Part shown: positions 19,580-29,314 of the stretch, piece after piece
How the letters are laid out: each line of letters opens with the position of its first letter
Position numbering within the stretch: the first letter of the stretch is position 1
The notes under the pieces: model-generated
Told to the model about the DNA's origin: nothing
Database searches by the model: none
Seen by the model: the letters and a program-made list of their open reading frames with translations, nothing else
Translations under genes and position numbers: made by a program
Origin: Candidatus Latescibacterota bacterium
GTDB lineage: Bacteria > Latescibacterota > UBA2968 > GCA-2709665
Direction of reading: 5' to 3'
Assembly: GCA_965219455.1 (NCBI GenBank)
Contig: OZ244744.1
Span: forward strand, 128,001 to 192,000
DNA: 64,000 nt

Positions 19580-19662
19580 ACCCTCCCGGTCCGAACGATT
19601 GACCTTGTCGGACATGTCCGTCGCACAGCGATATTCGAATCGCAGTCTTCAACCGTGATTTG

Positions 19663-20535
19663 TCAGGCTGCTCGAATACCCAACCACCCGTTCTCGTCGA
19701 GGATCTCCACGACCTGCAATCCGGCCGCGTATACTGCCTTCAGAAATTTCGCCCGCTCCCTAACCAGCACCCCCCCGAGGATCAGATTTCCCCGCGGCGC
19801 CACGTGTGAAGCCAGTGCTGGCAGCATCGGGTTCAGTGTCCGGCTTTCGATGTTGGCAACGACAACGTCGAATACACCGGATACGTCTTCCAGCGTTCCC
19901 GTGCGAAACACGACGTTGCCAGAAATCTTATTCAGGCGCATATTCGCGCGGGCATTCTCAACGGCCAGCGCATCGACGTCGATACCCGTCACCCGCACCG
20001 CACCGAGTTTAGCCGCGGCAAGGCTCAGGATCCCCGAGCCGGCGCCAACGTCCAGCACCGCGTCGCCCGGTTTCACGACGGCGTGCATCATCTTCAGGGC
20101 CAATTGGGTCGTTTCGTGCTGACCGGTTCCGAAGGCCGTCTTCGGCTCGATAACCAGACTGAATCCGCCTTCCGGATCGTCGACACGTTCCCATGGCGGA
20201 CAAACCACAAGGGTCGGCAACGGAAAAACGGGCCTGAAACGGGCTTTCCAGGTTGCCGCCCAATCTTCCGGCGGGACTTCCTCCACTTCCACACGTACGG
20301 ACCTCAGGTCTCCCACCAGCGCTTTCAGCCCGCCCCAAAGGCCGGATACCACCCTGCCGCTGTCTTTTTCATCCGGAAAGTACGCCGCCAACCTTGTCTT
20401 TTCACCTGCCGAATCAGCTTGTACCTCCAGCCCGCAACTTCCGAGGCCAAACAACAGGTCGGAAGCCGTATCCGACGCGTGGCCCGGCAGGTCCACGCAT
20501 ACTTTGTACCATCCATCTTCAACCTTGCAGGCCAT
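19663..20535 (-). CDS. prmA: Ribosomal protein L11 methyltransferase
   Basis: EDWAATWK, IEPKTAFGTGQHETT, LDVGAGSGILS, VVANI. Confidence 0.92.
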   Translation of the reverse strand: MACKVEDGWYKVCVDLPGHASDTASDLLFGLGSCGLEVQADSAGEKTRLAAYFPDEKDSGRVVSGLWGGLKALVGDLRSVRVEVEEVPPEDWAATWKARFRPVFPLPTLVVCPPWERVDDPEGGFSLVIEPKTAFGTGQHETTQLALKMMHAVVKPGDAVLDVGAGSGILSLAAAKLGAVRVTGIDVDALAVENARANMRLNKISGNVVFRTGTLEDVSGVFDVVVANIESRTLNPMLPALASHVAPRGNLILGGVLVRERAKFLKAVYAAGLQVVEILDENGWLGIRAA

Positions 20536-20570
20536 GCGCGAATACCGCCCGAAACGGGGTTCCCCCGTTC

Positions 20571-22226
20571 CTACAACACTTCCAATTTCAACTCATGGCG
20601 GCCCACGTCGGGCGAGAAAGGCAACACCACGACCAGTCGAGCCTCCTCGATGGTCGAGTCACCCGCCTTCCGGTAGGGGTTATGGGGCAACGCAGGCCAG
20701 ACCACGCGGCTTCCGGGCGGCAGATGCAAACGCCATCCGGCATGTTCCAACCACGCCTCCCCGGTCCACTCCGCCTTCTCCTCACCCAGCATTGCGGTCT
20801 CTCCCGACGCGAAACTCACCTCCCGGTCCAGGTGCGGCATCAGCGTCACGTGTCCGGCCACGGGCATACCGGAATTCCCTGTCGCTGAGAACACAAGCGC
20901 CAGTTCGGTTTCGGACTCGACCTTCGCCTCCACCCCGCAGGTCTCCTCGCCGTAGCGCATCCGCAGCCGGCCGCCACCTTCTCCCGAGTCATACGAAATC
21001 TCATCAGGCACGTGGATCAACCCTTCGGGCACGTCGAAGTCCGGATCTTCGTCTCCGGGCGTGTGCGACAGGAGCGTTTTGTCCCCCACCGTGAAGCAAC
21101 TCCACAGCGGTTGCAGCTTCGTGTTTCCGCCGCCCACAACCAGACCCGCCCTGTCGTGGAACACGCTTACGAAATTCTGCCGGTCCTGACCCCACCGATT
21201 CTGGGGGAATTCCACAACAAAGGCCGACAGACAGATGAACCAGGGGCCATTCCTCACCGCGGTCGCCTCGTCCCCCATGCGGAAGACGTGCCGTTCCTGC
21301 CCCGCAGCGGTCTCAATTGCCTCTCCGGAGCCGCCATAGAGCAGCAGACTCGCCGCATAGTCCGGGTCGAAACTTTCGCCTTCCGCCAGCAACAGCCGGT
21401 GCTGCTGCGCCAGATACCCTCTACCCGCTGCCGTATGGCTGAACCCCGGATTGCCCTCGTGCACGCCGCCGTGATAGGGGTTGCGACCATCCACGGTCTC
21501 CACGGGACTCCCGTCCGGATAGGTCAGACTCGCATGGTAAACAGCCGCCCGTTCGAGCGCGGGCAGCACCTCGGCGTCGCCGGACATCCCGTAGTAAATC
21601 CCCAGCGAATCCGAATAGACGAAGTTGTAAGCCACGACCGGCCCGTTATGTTCCGGCCACCAGCCCTGTGAGGACTGCGCGTCCGCCACTTTCCCCATAA
21701 ACGCCCGCGACTGCGCACGCCAGTCCTCACGTCCGAACACCGTACCCGCGCAGAACAAGGCCATCGAATGGTGTGCGGGTATGTTGTGGACGTGCGCCAG
21801 ACAGGTCCGCGAAATACCGTCGAATCCCATCAGCAGCGCCTCGTCCCACCGGGCTCGCGCGTCGGCGTCCATTGCTTCCTGCACCATTTGATACGCACGA
21901 ATCCAGCGGCTGTAGGTCCAGGGCATATAAATCTGCCCCCACTCCGAATAGTCCTTCTTCAGAAACGTCCACTTCCCTTCCGCATCCTGCTCGTGAATCA
22001 GCGCGTCCCCACCGCGCACGATCGCCTCCAACACTTCGTCGTTCCGGTGATATTTGCTATCCTCCAGGCGCCATGCCGCTGCCAGAGAAAAAATAACGCT
22101 CTGGTCTCCACAGACCCACGGCTCCGTACCGAACTGTCCGTTCTCCTTCTGAGATGCCAGGATTTCCGGCACGGCCCCGTCCAACCCTTCCAGCACCTCC
22201 GGTTCCGGTTTCCATACCTCTGCCAT
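20571..22226 (-). CDS. Hypothetical protein; probable (alpha/alpha) toroid plus beta-sandwich, lyase/heparinase-like
   Basis: 551 aa with strong coding bias; HNIPAH, GWWPEHNGPVVAYN and YPDGS.VETVDGRN resemble polysaccharide-lyase toroids; no signal peptide. Confidence 0.55.
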   Translation of the reverse strand: MAEVWKPEPEVLEGLDGAVPEILASQKENGQFGTEPWVCGDQSVIFSLAAAWRLEDSKYHRNDEVLEAIVRGGDALIHEQDAEGKWTFLKKDYSEWGQIYMPWTYSRWIRAYQMVQEAMDADARARWDEALLMGFDGISRTCLAHVHNIPAHHSMALFCAGTVFGREDWRAQSRAFMGKVADAQSSQGWWPEHNGPVVAYNFVYSDSLGIYYGMSGDAEVLPALERAAVYHASLTYPDGSPVETVDGRNPYHGGVHEGNPGFSHTAAGRGYLAQQHRLLLAEGESFDPDYAASLLLYGGSGEAIETAAGQERHVFRMGDEATAVRNGPWFICLSAFVVEFPQNRWGQDRQNFVSVFHDRAGLVVGGGNTKLQPLWSCFTVGDKTLLSHTPGDEDPDFDVPEGLIHVPDEISYDSGEGGGRLRMRYGEETCGVEAKVESETELALVFSATGNSGMPVAGHVTLMPHLDREVSFASGETAMLGEEKAEWTGEAWLEHAGWRLHLPPGSRVVWPALPHNPYRKAGDSTIEEARLVVVLPFSPDVGRHELKLEVL

Positions 22227-22288
22227 TTCATTGTCTCCTTTGACTTAGGGTATCGCGCCCCACTGAAAGACGCTGCGCTCTGCCGCCT

Positions 22289-23194
22289 CTAATTGATGGT
22301 CGCCGCCCGGGCCCGCCAGTAACGAAGCCAGTCCACCGGCGCATAGTCGTCCGTCAGCACGGGAACCCCCCTGACAACCGGCTTATGCTCGCCATATGGA
22401 GTCATCACCATAAGCAATTCCAGCGCATCGCCAATTTCCGACTTCAACTCACGTATGGCCAGTGCAATTCCGCCTCCGGCACGCCGGGTTCCATCGGAGG
22501 TGGCGACGGCCACGACATTGCTCCGCTCCGGAACCTGAAACAGGTACACCTGTGGAAATACCTCGGCCAACGTTCGAATTATCGAGAGATACAAAACACC
22601 CGGCCCGAGCGGCGCCACGTTCATTGTCAGGACGCCACCGGGTGTCAGGATCCCCTTCACCTCCCTGAAGAATTCCACAGTCGCCAGATGGTGTGGCATG
22701 GAGTCCGCTTGAAACGCATCGAGAACAACCCAGTCGTACCGTTCCGTCGTTCGTTTCACGAACATCCGGCCGTCGTCCACGTGAATTCTGAAACCGGTTC
22801 CTGCTTCGACACCGAAAAAACGTTTAGCCACGTGTACAACGTCCGGGTCGAGTTCGACCACATCCACCATCACAGCCGGACGAACGGACCGTACGAATCG
22901 GGCCACCGATCCCCCCGCCAGCCCGATCACCAACAATCGCTCCGGTTCCGTGAAGGCCATCCCCAACGCAAGGTACGCGGTGTAGGGTACGCGCAGCGCC
23001 GTCGGGTTTCCGAACGTCATCGCGCTTTGAATGGCGCCGTAGCCGAACCTGAGATAGCGGGCGTCCTCGTCTTCGGAAACCACGATATGATTGTACAATG
23101 AATCGTGCACGTAGACCAGGCTTTCTCGCTCCGGTATATCCGGCCGGACGTCACAGGCTGTAAGAAAAAATAAAAAAAAGACAAACAACAACAT
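22289..23194 (-). CDS. Spermidine-synthase-like SAM-dependent methyltransferase, lipoprotein
   Basis: Lipobox LTAC; DSLYNHIVV, LVIGLAGGS, VELDPDV, DGRMF, VLDAF, LTDDYAPVD. Confidence 0.8.
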   Translation of the reverse strand: MLLFVFFLFFLTACDVRPDIPERESLVYVHDSLYNHIVVSEDEDARYLRFGYGAIQSAMTFGNPTALRVPYTAYLALGMAFTEPERLLVIGLAGGSVARFVRSVRPAVMVDVVELDPDVVHVAKRFFGVEAGTGFRIHVDDGRMFVKRTTERYDWVVLDAFQADSMPHHLATVEFFREVKGILTPGGVLTMNVAPLGPGVLYLSIIRTLAEVFPQVYLFQVPERSNVVAVATSDGTRRAGGGIALAIRELKSEIGDALELLMVMTPYGEHKPVVRGVPVLTDDYAPVDWLRYWRARAATIN

Positions 23195-23303
23195 GTTGAA
23201 TGGGCACAGCCTGAGTTTGAAGCTGTTTAAACTCGGACCCGACGCGGTTTTCGAATTAACGTATCCTTGCCGCCCTCGATCCGCCGCGCGGTTCCTCGAC
23301 GCG

Positions 23304-23948
23304 CTATCGTTTTTCATCCTGTTCTTCGCCTCGCCCGCATCGTGGTGTCTCGTGTCCCGGATGCTCCGGCGCTGCTTCATTCGTTCCCCACAGCGCCATC
23401 GCCGCCAACGCCAGAAGCACCGCTCCGATCAGGTGCAGTATGTGCCGAACCCCCATTGCGGGTATCAGATAGAACGCAGTGCCCAGCGTCCCGATGATGC
23501 TGCCCGCCGCAGACAATGCCGACACCGTCCCTGCAACGCCCCCAACCCGGTCCACGCGATCCGCCAGCATCCGTACAATAAACGGCGTGACTGCTCCCAA
23601 CGCCACTCCCGGTATCGCAAAAAGTACGACCGAAGCCAGCAACGGGCCGCCTCGGGGACCCAGATCCGCTACAAAAACCGCACGATTCACTGCCGCCGCC
23701 ACCCATGGCAAGACCAGCGCCATCACGCCCGCCAGGCCCAGCAATCCGGCCAGAGGCGGTCCCGAAGGCATCCGGTCCGCCAGCCTTCCTCCGGAATACG
23801 CTCCGATACTCAACGCGGCCAACACGACCGCGATCAGGCTGCCCCAGACGAAAACCGAACTGCCGAAATACGGCGCAAGCACCCGGCTGCCCACAATTTC
23901 CAGCCCCATAAGCGCCGCACCGGAAATAAACGCTATTAACCTCAACAT
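23304..23948 (-). CDS. Membrane (MFS-like) N-terminal domain of the fused MFS/spermidine synthase family
   Basis: SGAALMGLEIVGSRVLAPYFGSSVFVWGSLI, GGRLADR, GSIIGT. Confidence 0.85.
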   Translation of the reverse strand: MLRLIAFISGAALMGLEIVGSRVLAPYFGSSVFVWGSLIAVVLAALSIGAYSGGRLADRMPSGPPLAGLLGLAGVMALVLPWVAAAVNRAVFVADLGPRGGPLLASVVLFAIPGVALGAVTPFIVRMLADRVDRVGGVAGTVSALSAAGSIIGTLGTAFYLIPAMGVRHILHLIGAVLLALAAMALWGTNEAAPEHPGHETPRCGRGEEQDEKR

Positions 23949-24213
23949 ACCCGCACCAGATGCATATCCAAAAAAGACCACCGGATATCCGCTCGCAGGG
24001 CGGATGCGAAACTCATCCCGGACGCAGGAACGCGCTCAATGTACGTACAGAACATGGGGCTGCAACAAGAAATCGCAGCCCTCCGATCTCGGGATATCCT
24101 GGTGTCCTGTCCTGAAAATATGTTGCCGTTCCTTCGGCGGTTCATCCCGTCTCGCCGCGTTACCTGCGATACCTGCGCTGAGCTTGTCGAAACGAGCGTG
24201 TCGACCTCCGTGT

Positions 24214-24774
24214 TCAGAACGGCAGATCGTCGTCCGCACCGTAGGGCGGTGGGCTCGATCCGCCTGACCCCGTACCGGGGCCGCCCCCGGTTTCGCCGGT
24301 TCCAGGTCGGACGTCCTGCGTTCCTTCGGATCCCGGTCGGACGTCCTGCGTTCCTTCGGATCCCGGTCGGACGTCCTGCGTTCCTTCGGTCGGTCCGCCC
24401 GGACCCTGGGAAAAACCCCCGCCGGCATCGATATCCTCCCGGGAGTCCAGCATCTGCATATCTCTGGCAACCACCTCGGTGGTATATCGCTTCTGTCCAT
24501 CCTGCCCTTCCCAGCTGCGGGTCTGCAGGCGCCCCTCGATGTAGACCTTGCTGCCTTTCCGAAGATACTGATTGCAGATTTCAGCCAGCCGGCCCCAAAC
24601 CACAACCCGGTGCCATTCGGTTCGCTCCTGGCGTTCGCCCGAGCTGTCCGTCCAATTCTCATTGGTGGCCATATTGAAGTTCGTGACAGCGGTTCCCTTG
24701 GGTGTATATCGCAGTTCCGGATCCGCCCCGATATTGCCAATCAGAATCACCTTATTCACACCTCTACGTGCCAT
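24214..24774 (-). CDS. ssb: Single-stranded DNA-binding protein
   Basis: [38 protein letters not shown]-terminal DDDLPF. Confidence 0.97.
   Translation of the reverse strand: MARRGVNKVILIGNIGADPELRYTPKGTAVTNFNMATNENWTDSSGERQERTEWHRVVVWGRLAEICNQYLRKGSKVYIEGRLQTRSWEGQDGQKRYTTEVVARDMQMLDSREDIDAGGGFSQGPGGPTEGTQDVRPGSEGTQDVRPGSEGTQDVRPGTGETGGGPGTGSGGSSPPPYGADDDLPF
24301..24389. repeat. 30-bp tandem repeat x3 in the ssb linker ([10 protein letters not shown])
   Basis: tcc(a/c)ggtcggacgtcctgcgttccttcgga at 24301, 24331 and 24361. Confidence 0.95.
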
Positions 24775-24852
24775 AACTGACCTCCTTTAAATAAAATAAA
24801 AACAATCTGATATGTCCCATGGCACAATCCTGTCAGAAATAACGTTCAATCG

Positions 24853-24881
24853 AATATACTCGTGATTTCGAGGCTTGTCAA
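24853..24881 (-). promoter_or_regulatory. sigma70 promoter of ssb
   Basis: Minus-strand TTGACA (24881-76), 17 bp, TATATT (24858-53). Confidence 0.75.
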
Positions 24882-25044
24882 TAGAGCAAAATCCATCTGT
24901 GCGCGCACGCCTTCGAAAAACCGGGGCAAGCACCGGCCTCAACACCAACTCAATGAGAAGACATCCTGCTTTCGCGTCGGCATGGCGTGACATCCGGACC
25001 GCCGGTCCGTACCCGCGTTTCGATCGATGATTCCCGTGCGTCTT

Positions 25045-25881
25045 TCAATCCATGGACCTGAAGAAATCACGGAACCTCACCGTCTCGGATACGTTATCGC
25101 ATTCGTTGCAATGCTCCCAGTCGATCCATACGTATTCGACGCCCAGCCATCCCCGGTATCCGGTCGCCCTCATCGCTTCAACGACCCGCCCGTAGTCAAT
25201 GACGTTGCGATCGAAGGACGTCTGTATCCGGCCCCGGCGCGCGCCGCGGGCGTGGAAGTGGCTGGCGTATTTCAGGAGGGGCTCCACATCCGAATCCGGC
25301 AGCCCGATTTTCGTGAAGTGCGTGTAATCCAGTGTCAGCGTCAGCCCGGGAACGGCCTGTACCAGTCGTTCCACCGATTTCGGCCGGGGCGCCAGAGAAC
25401 CCACGTGCGCCTCAACGCCAAAGACAATGCCGTGCTCGTTCGCCTGCGCCACACGCCAGTTCAATTCATCGACGGCCCGGCCGAACGAGTCGGCGCGCGA
25501 CTCGCCCTGATTATGTACGCCTGGCAACGTCGTCACGTGCCGGCACCCGCATTCGGCGGCGTACTCCAGCGCCTTCAGATACCAGTCCCGCGCTTTCTGA
25601 CGCCGGGCGCGCTGCGGATGGTTGATCGCATAGGGCGCGAAATCCATCGCCATTTGCAAAAAAACGTCGGCTGGCTCGAGTCCCAGGTCATCCAATTTGT
25701 TTTTCAGTCTTCGTGCGGAACCCGGCACATCGTGAAACTCGCGCGAAGGCCACAGATGAGACCTCTCCTCGAAGAGTCCGATGTCCACGCCCTCGAAACC
25801 CAGCATGGAGACCAATTGAAGCGCCCCATCGTGCGAAAGCAGGGGAAATGTAAAATCCGAGCATGCCAGTCTCGTGTTCAC
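25045..25881 (-). CDS. Sugar phosphate isomerase/epimerase family protein
   Basis: LGFEGVDIG, GVEAHVGS, LDYTHF, YRGWLGVEY; GTG start overlapping the SDR stop. Confidence 0.85.
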   Translation of the reverse strand: MNTRLACSDFTFPLLSHDGALQLVSMLGFEGVDIGLFEERSHLWPSREFHDVPGSARRLKNKLDDLGLEPADVFLQMAMDFAPYAINHPQRARRQKARDWYLKALEYAAECGCRHVTTLPGVHNQGESRADSFGRAVDELNWRVAQANEHGIVFGVEAHVGSLAPRPKSVERLVQAVPGLTLTLDYTHFTKIGLPDSDVEPLLKYASHFHARGARRGRIQTSFDRNVIDYGRVVEAMRATGYRGWLGVEYVWIDWEHCNECDNVSETVRFRDFFRSMD

Positions 25882-26687
25882 GGCTCCTCCGTAAATCGCG
25901 TTGGACCCGGCGTCTCCCACTCCGCCGCGGCAATATATCCGCCATCGATCACCAGGGACGTGCCGGTAATCCCGGCGGACGCCTCGGAGCAGAAGTAAAA
26001 CGCGGCCCGCGCAACGTCCACCGGTCTGATGACGGCTCCCGTCGGGACGCGTTGCAGTCGCCGTGCCAGCGTGGCCTCGGGGTCCGGTGTCGTATTCAAA
26101 TGGTACCGTAACATCGGTGTGTCCGTAATTCCCGGACAGATACAGTTGCAGCGCAGCCCGTCCACGGCATAGTCCAGTGCGATCGACCGGCTCAATCCCA
26201 GCACCGCGTGCTTGGATGTCGTATAGGCGGGCGTGTCAGCCTGACCGATAAAGCTGCCTACCGATCCGATATTCACCATATAACTTCGCCCGTGCTCCCT
26301 GAAGTAGGGAATACCGTACTTGAGCGAAAAGAAAATTGACTTGAGATTGACCCCCATCAACCGATCCCAATCCTTCTCGGAATACTCATGCAGGCACGCG
26401 ACATGCACAATTCCGGCGCAATTCACAATCACTTGCAATTCACCGAATCGCGCCGCGGTCGTTTCTATCGAATCCCGCACGTGCGCTTCGTGTGCCACGT
26501 CGCACTCCAGAAAAATCGCCTCTCCACCCTGTTCCGCGATGTGTTTCACCACCTGGCGGCCACGTTCCACCTGAACGTCGACAACGGCGACCCGGGCGCC
26601 TTCGGCGGCAAACAGTTCGGCCGTTGCCTCTCCCATTCCGGAAGCGCCGCCACTCACCCAGGCGACCTGTCCCTCCAGTCGTCCCAT
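25878..26687 (-). CDS. SDR family oxidoreductase
   Basis: SGGASGMG, NCAG, YTTSK, ICPGITDT, IDGG. Confidence 0.92.
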   Translation of the reverse strand: MGRLEGQVAWVSGGASGMGEATAELFAAEGARVAVVDVQVERGRQVVKHIAEQGGEAIFLECDVAHEAHVRDSIETTAARFGELQVIVNCAGIVHVACLHEYSEKDWDRLMGVNLKSIFFSLKYGIPYFREHGRSYMVNIGSVGSFIGQADTPAYTTSKHAVLGLSRSIALDYAVDGLRCNCICPGITDTPMLRYHLNTTPDPEATLARRLQRVPTGAVIRPVDVARAAFYFCSEASAGITGTSLVIDGGYIAAAEWETPGPTRFTEEP

Positions 26688-26690
26688 GCG

Positions 26691-28166
26691 TTACTCCGCT
26701 TTTCTGATACGAATCACAATGTCGTGCCGGAATGCGGGCAAAACCATCTGGCACAGGCCGCCGCCTTCATGCGGGATACGGGGAGAATAGACGCCGTCTA
26801 CCGGCGAATAACAGGACATCTCGAACGATCCCGGCGGCAAGTCAAAACAGAGCCTTCCCTCAATCGGCTCGCCGCATCCGGCTTCCTCCCGTTCGCGGCC
26901 GTCGGCCAGATAGATGCAATAGTCCCCGCCCGCAACCGCAATCACCGACTCTACGGTATGGTCCGGCCGCTCCTGCAGCCAACCCGGCATGACGGGGCGC
27001 GCCCTGGCAAGATCGATTGAATGGATAAAGCCGGACAGATGGCCCATCCACCTCCGAATTCCGTTTCGCGAGTCGGGTGTCCCCGCCTCGAGGTACGGCA
27101 AGATGGAAAAGTCGATCATATCGTAGTGCGCCCCTGAAAAGAGCGAGGTCCAGGCCCGCTTGCGATGCACCGTCCATCCTTCAATTTCCTTGTACTGCGT
27201 TGCGATGTTATCCTCATCGTGGTTGAGTGGCTTCGACCGTCCGTAGGTTGCCAGCGTAAAATCACGCAGCGGCCGCAACTTGAGCTGCTTGGACATGAAG
27301 TCACCGAGATCATAACTTAGTCCATCGCACAGGGTATTCGGCAGCGGATGAATATTCACAACGTCGAAATCCATCGCTTGGAACGACCCGTCGGAGGGCT
27401 GATCGAACGGCCTGATCGTCATCGCCTCCTGGCCCGCGATCAGGTGACGATTCGACATCTCACTTTCCAGTTCTCGGATCTGTGCGATGAATTGCGCCTG
27501 CCAGCCATTCACCTCCTCCGAACCGGGCAAATCGTCCGGGCCGGGAAAGTGACACGGTTCGTTGCAGATCTCGTAGATCACGTTCCCGTACCGGTTGGTT
27601 TCGTTGACGATACGCCGCACGTGCGCGCGCTGCCATCCCAGCAGGTCCTTCCGCCTGCACGTCATGTACTCCTGCCAGGGCACTGGCTGATCCGGCGGTT
27701 CCATTGTAATGTTGTTCGCGGGATTCAGTGGATTGAGCGCCCAGACCTCGTCCTTGTAGGTGTTGCTGAAGAGGACCACCTCCACGATAATCCCATACGC
27801 CTCCGCGAGAGACAGAAATGCGTGTAACCGATCGAAAAACTCGGCATTCCACCGCGTCAGATCGAACCGCGGCTGTCCGTCCAGTGCATTTCCGGGCCCG
27901 GTGCGTTCGAACGGCGCAATATAGTCCGGCGATTCGGGCTTGCAGGTTGAATACGGATTTACAGGCGTCTGCAACTCCCTGAACAGCATAAACAACCGTG
28001 TGAGCGTCTGCCCCCTTTCAGCGGCGTCCGCCAGATACCGTTCAAACCGAAACGGCCTGTTTATCACCGCCCCGTAATGTTCGGTCGCACAAAGCAGCAC
28101 CAGGGCGCGCCCCCGATAGTCAAAGACCTTTCGGTTTTCCGGATGAATCCTGATAGCATCAGACAC
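26691..28166 (-). CDS. Glycoside hydrolase, clan-A/GH5-like TIM barrel with C-terminal beta domain
   Basis: FFDRLH.F...A...GIIVEVVLF, YEICNEP (acid/base), LNHDEDN; no signal peptide. Confidence 0.65.
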   Translation of the reverse strand: MSDAIRIHPENRKVFDYRGRALVLLCATEHYGAVINRPFRFERYLADAAERGQTLTRLFMLFRELQTPVNPYSTCKPESPDYIAPFERTGPGNALDGQPRFDLTRWNAEFFDRLHAFLSLAEAYGIIVEVVLFSNTYKDEVWALNPLNPANNITMEPPDQPVPWQEYMTCRRKDLLGWQRAHVRRIVNETNRYGNVIYEICNEPCHFPGPDDLPGSEEVNGWQAQFIAQIRELESEMSNRHLIAGQEAMTIRPFDQPSDGSFQAMDFDVVNIHPLPNTLCDGLSYDLGDFMSKQLKLRPLRDFTLATYGRSKPLNHDEDNIATQYKEIEGWTVHRKRAWTSLFSGAHYDMIDFSILPYLEAGTPDSRNGIRRWMGHLSGFIHSIDLARARPVMPGWLQERPDHTVESVIAVAGGDYCIYLADGREREEAGCGEPIEGRLCFDLPPGSFEMSCYSPVDGVYSPRIPHEGGGLCQMVLPAFRHDIVIRIRKAE

Positions 28167-28215
28167 AAGCCTTCCCCTTTTTCGCAAGTGTGTGTGCGGC
28201 TTGGATGACCCGTCT

Positions 28216-29298
28216 TCAAGCGGTGTTATTCCCTGACGCGCCCGATTCCCGTTTCCGTATCAGCCGTGACCACTTCTCCTGAAACCCGCTGCGATGGAAT
28301 ACTTCCGGATTCACCACACCCCGGGGGCGCATCCCGCATGACAGGTCCACCATTCCCTGGCAGGCCGTTCGTCCGATGTCACGGAATAATTCATCCGTCC
28401 AGGCCACCGAATGCGGCGCAAGCAAGACGTTGTCGAATTTTCCAAAACGTTGCGGCTGCAGAATCGGCTCCACCGCAAAACAGTCCAGTGCGGCGCCGGC
28501 AATCGCGCCGGCTTGCAGGGCCTCGAACAACGCATCCTCATCCACGATGCCACCTCTCGCCGTATTGATCAGATAGGCGTCGCGTTTCATCGAGGACAGT
28601 TCCCGCGTTCCGATGAGTCCCTCCGTCTCATCGGTCAACGGACAGTGGATGGATACAAAATCGGAAGCCGCCATCAGCTCCTCGAGCGACACCAGGGACA
28701 CCCCCAGCTTCCGAGCCTCGGGGGGATCGACGTATGGGTCGAATGCCAGGGGCGGATTCATCCCGAACGTACCCAGCAACCGTACCGTCTCCCGTGCGAT
28801 TCCCCCAAGCCCCACGGCCCCGAACGTACGGTCTCTCAGCTCACTTCCCATATATCGGGTTCGTTCATCCCACCCGCCGGTACGCACCAGCCTATCCTTG
28901 ACGCGCATGTGGTGGGTCAGGGCAATCATCCAACCCACGGTTGCCTCGGCCACCGACCTGTCGACCGCACCAGCCGTGATGAGCACGACCACGTCGGCCT
29001 CCGTACAGGCATCCACGTCGACCGAATCGTACCCCACGCCGAACCGGCAGATGGCCAGCAGATTTTCCGGTGCCGACACTGTCCCGGCGGTCACCGCCGG
29101 CGTTAGTACAACCACGCCCTGAACGTCCTTGACCTGGTCGGCCCCGATCTCCGGACGATGTACACTGAAAACCGACGTTCGAATATGGGTCTGGTCGTCA
29201 AATACCGACAGGCCCATATCCCTGAATTTGCAGGTACCGTCAGAATCATAAAAATCGGCGGTCAGCGCCACGCGAAAAATTGCGCCGTCGGGGGACAT
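28216..29298 (-). CDS. D-isomer-specific 2-hydroxyacid dehydrogenase (PGDH-like)
   Basis: RFGVGYDSVD, GLGGIA, HCPLT, INTARGGIVDE, LAPH. Confidence 0.9.
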   Translation of the reverse strand: MSPDGAIFRVALTADFYDSDGTCKFRDMGLSVFDDQTHIRTSVFSVHRPEIGADQVKDVQGVVVLTPAVTAGTVSAPENLLAICRFGVGYDSVDVDACTEADVVVLITAGAVDRSVAEATVGWMIALTHHMRVKDRLVRTGGWDERTRYMGSELRDRTFGAVGLGGIARETVRLLGTFGMNPPLAFDPYVDPPEARKLGVSLVSLEELMAASDFVSIHCPLTDETEGLIGTRELSSMKRDAYLINTARGGIVDEDALFEALQAGAIAGAALDCFAVEPILQPQRFGKFDNVLLAPHSVAWTDELFRDIGRTACQGMVDLSCGMRPRGVVNPEVFHRSGFQEKWSRLIRKRESGASGNNTA

Positions 29299-29314
29299 GC
29301 TCGATGCTTCCTCC

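Noticed and set aside
24301-24389. Possible CRISPR array (30-bp repeats)
   Set aside because: The repeats are contiguous with no spacers, lie in frame inside ssb, and no cas genes are present.
24845-24862. LexA/SOS box over the ssb promoter
   Set aside because: CGAATATACTCG does not fit GAAC-N4-GTTC or CTGT-N8-ACAG, and I found no matching box upstream of the WYL gene.
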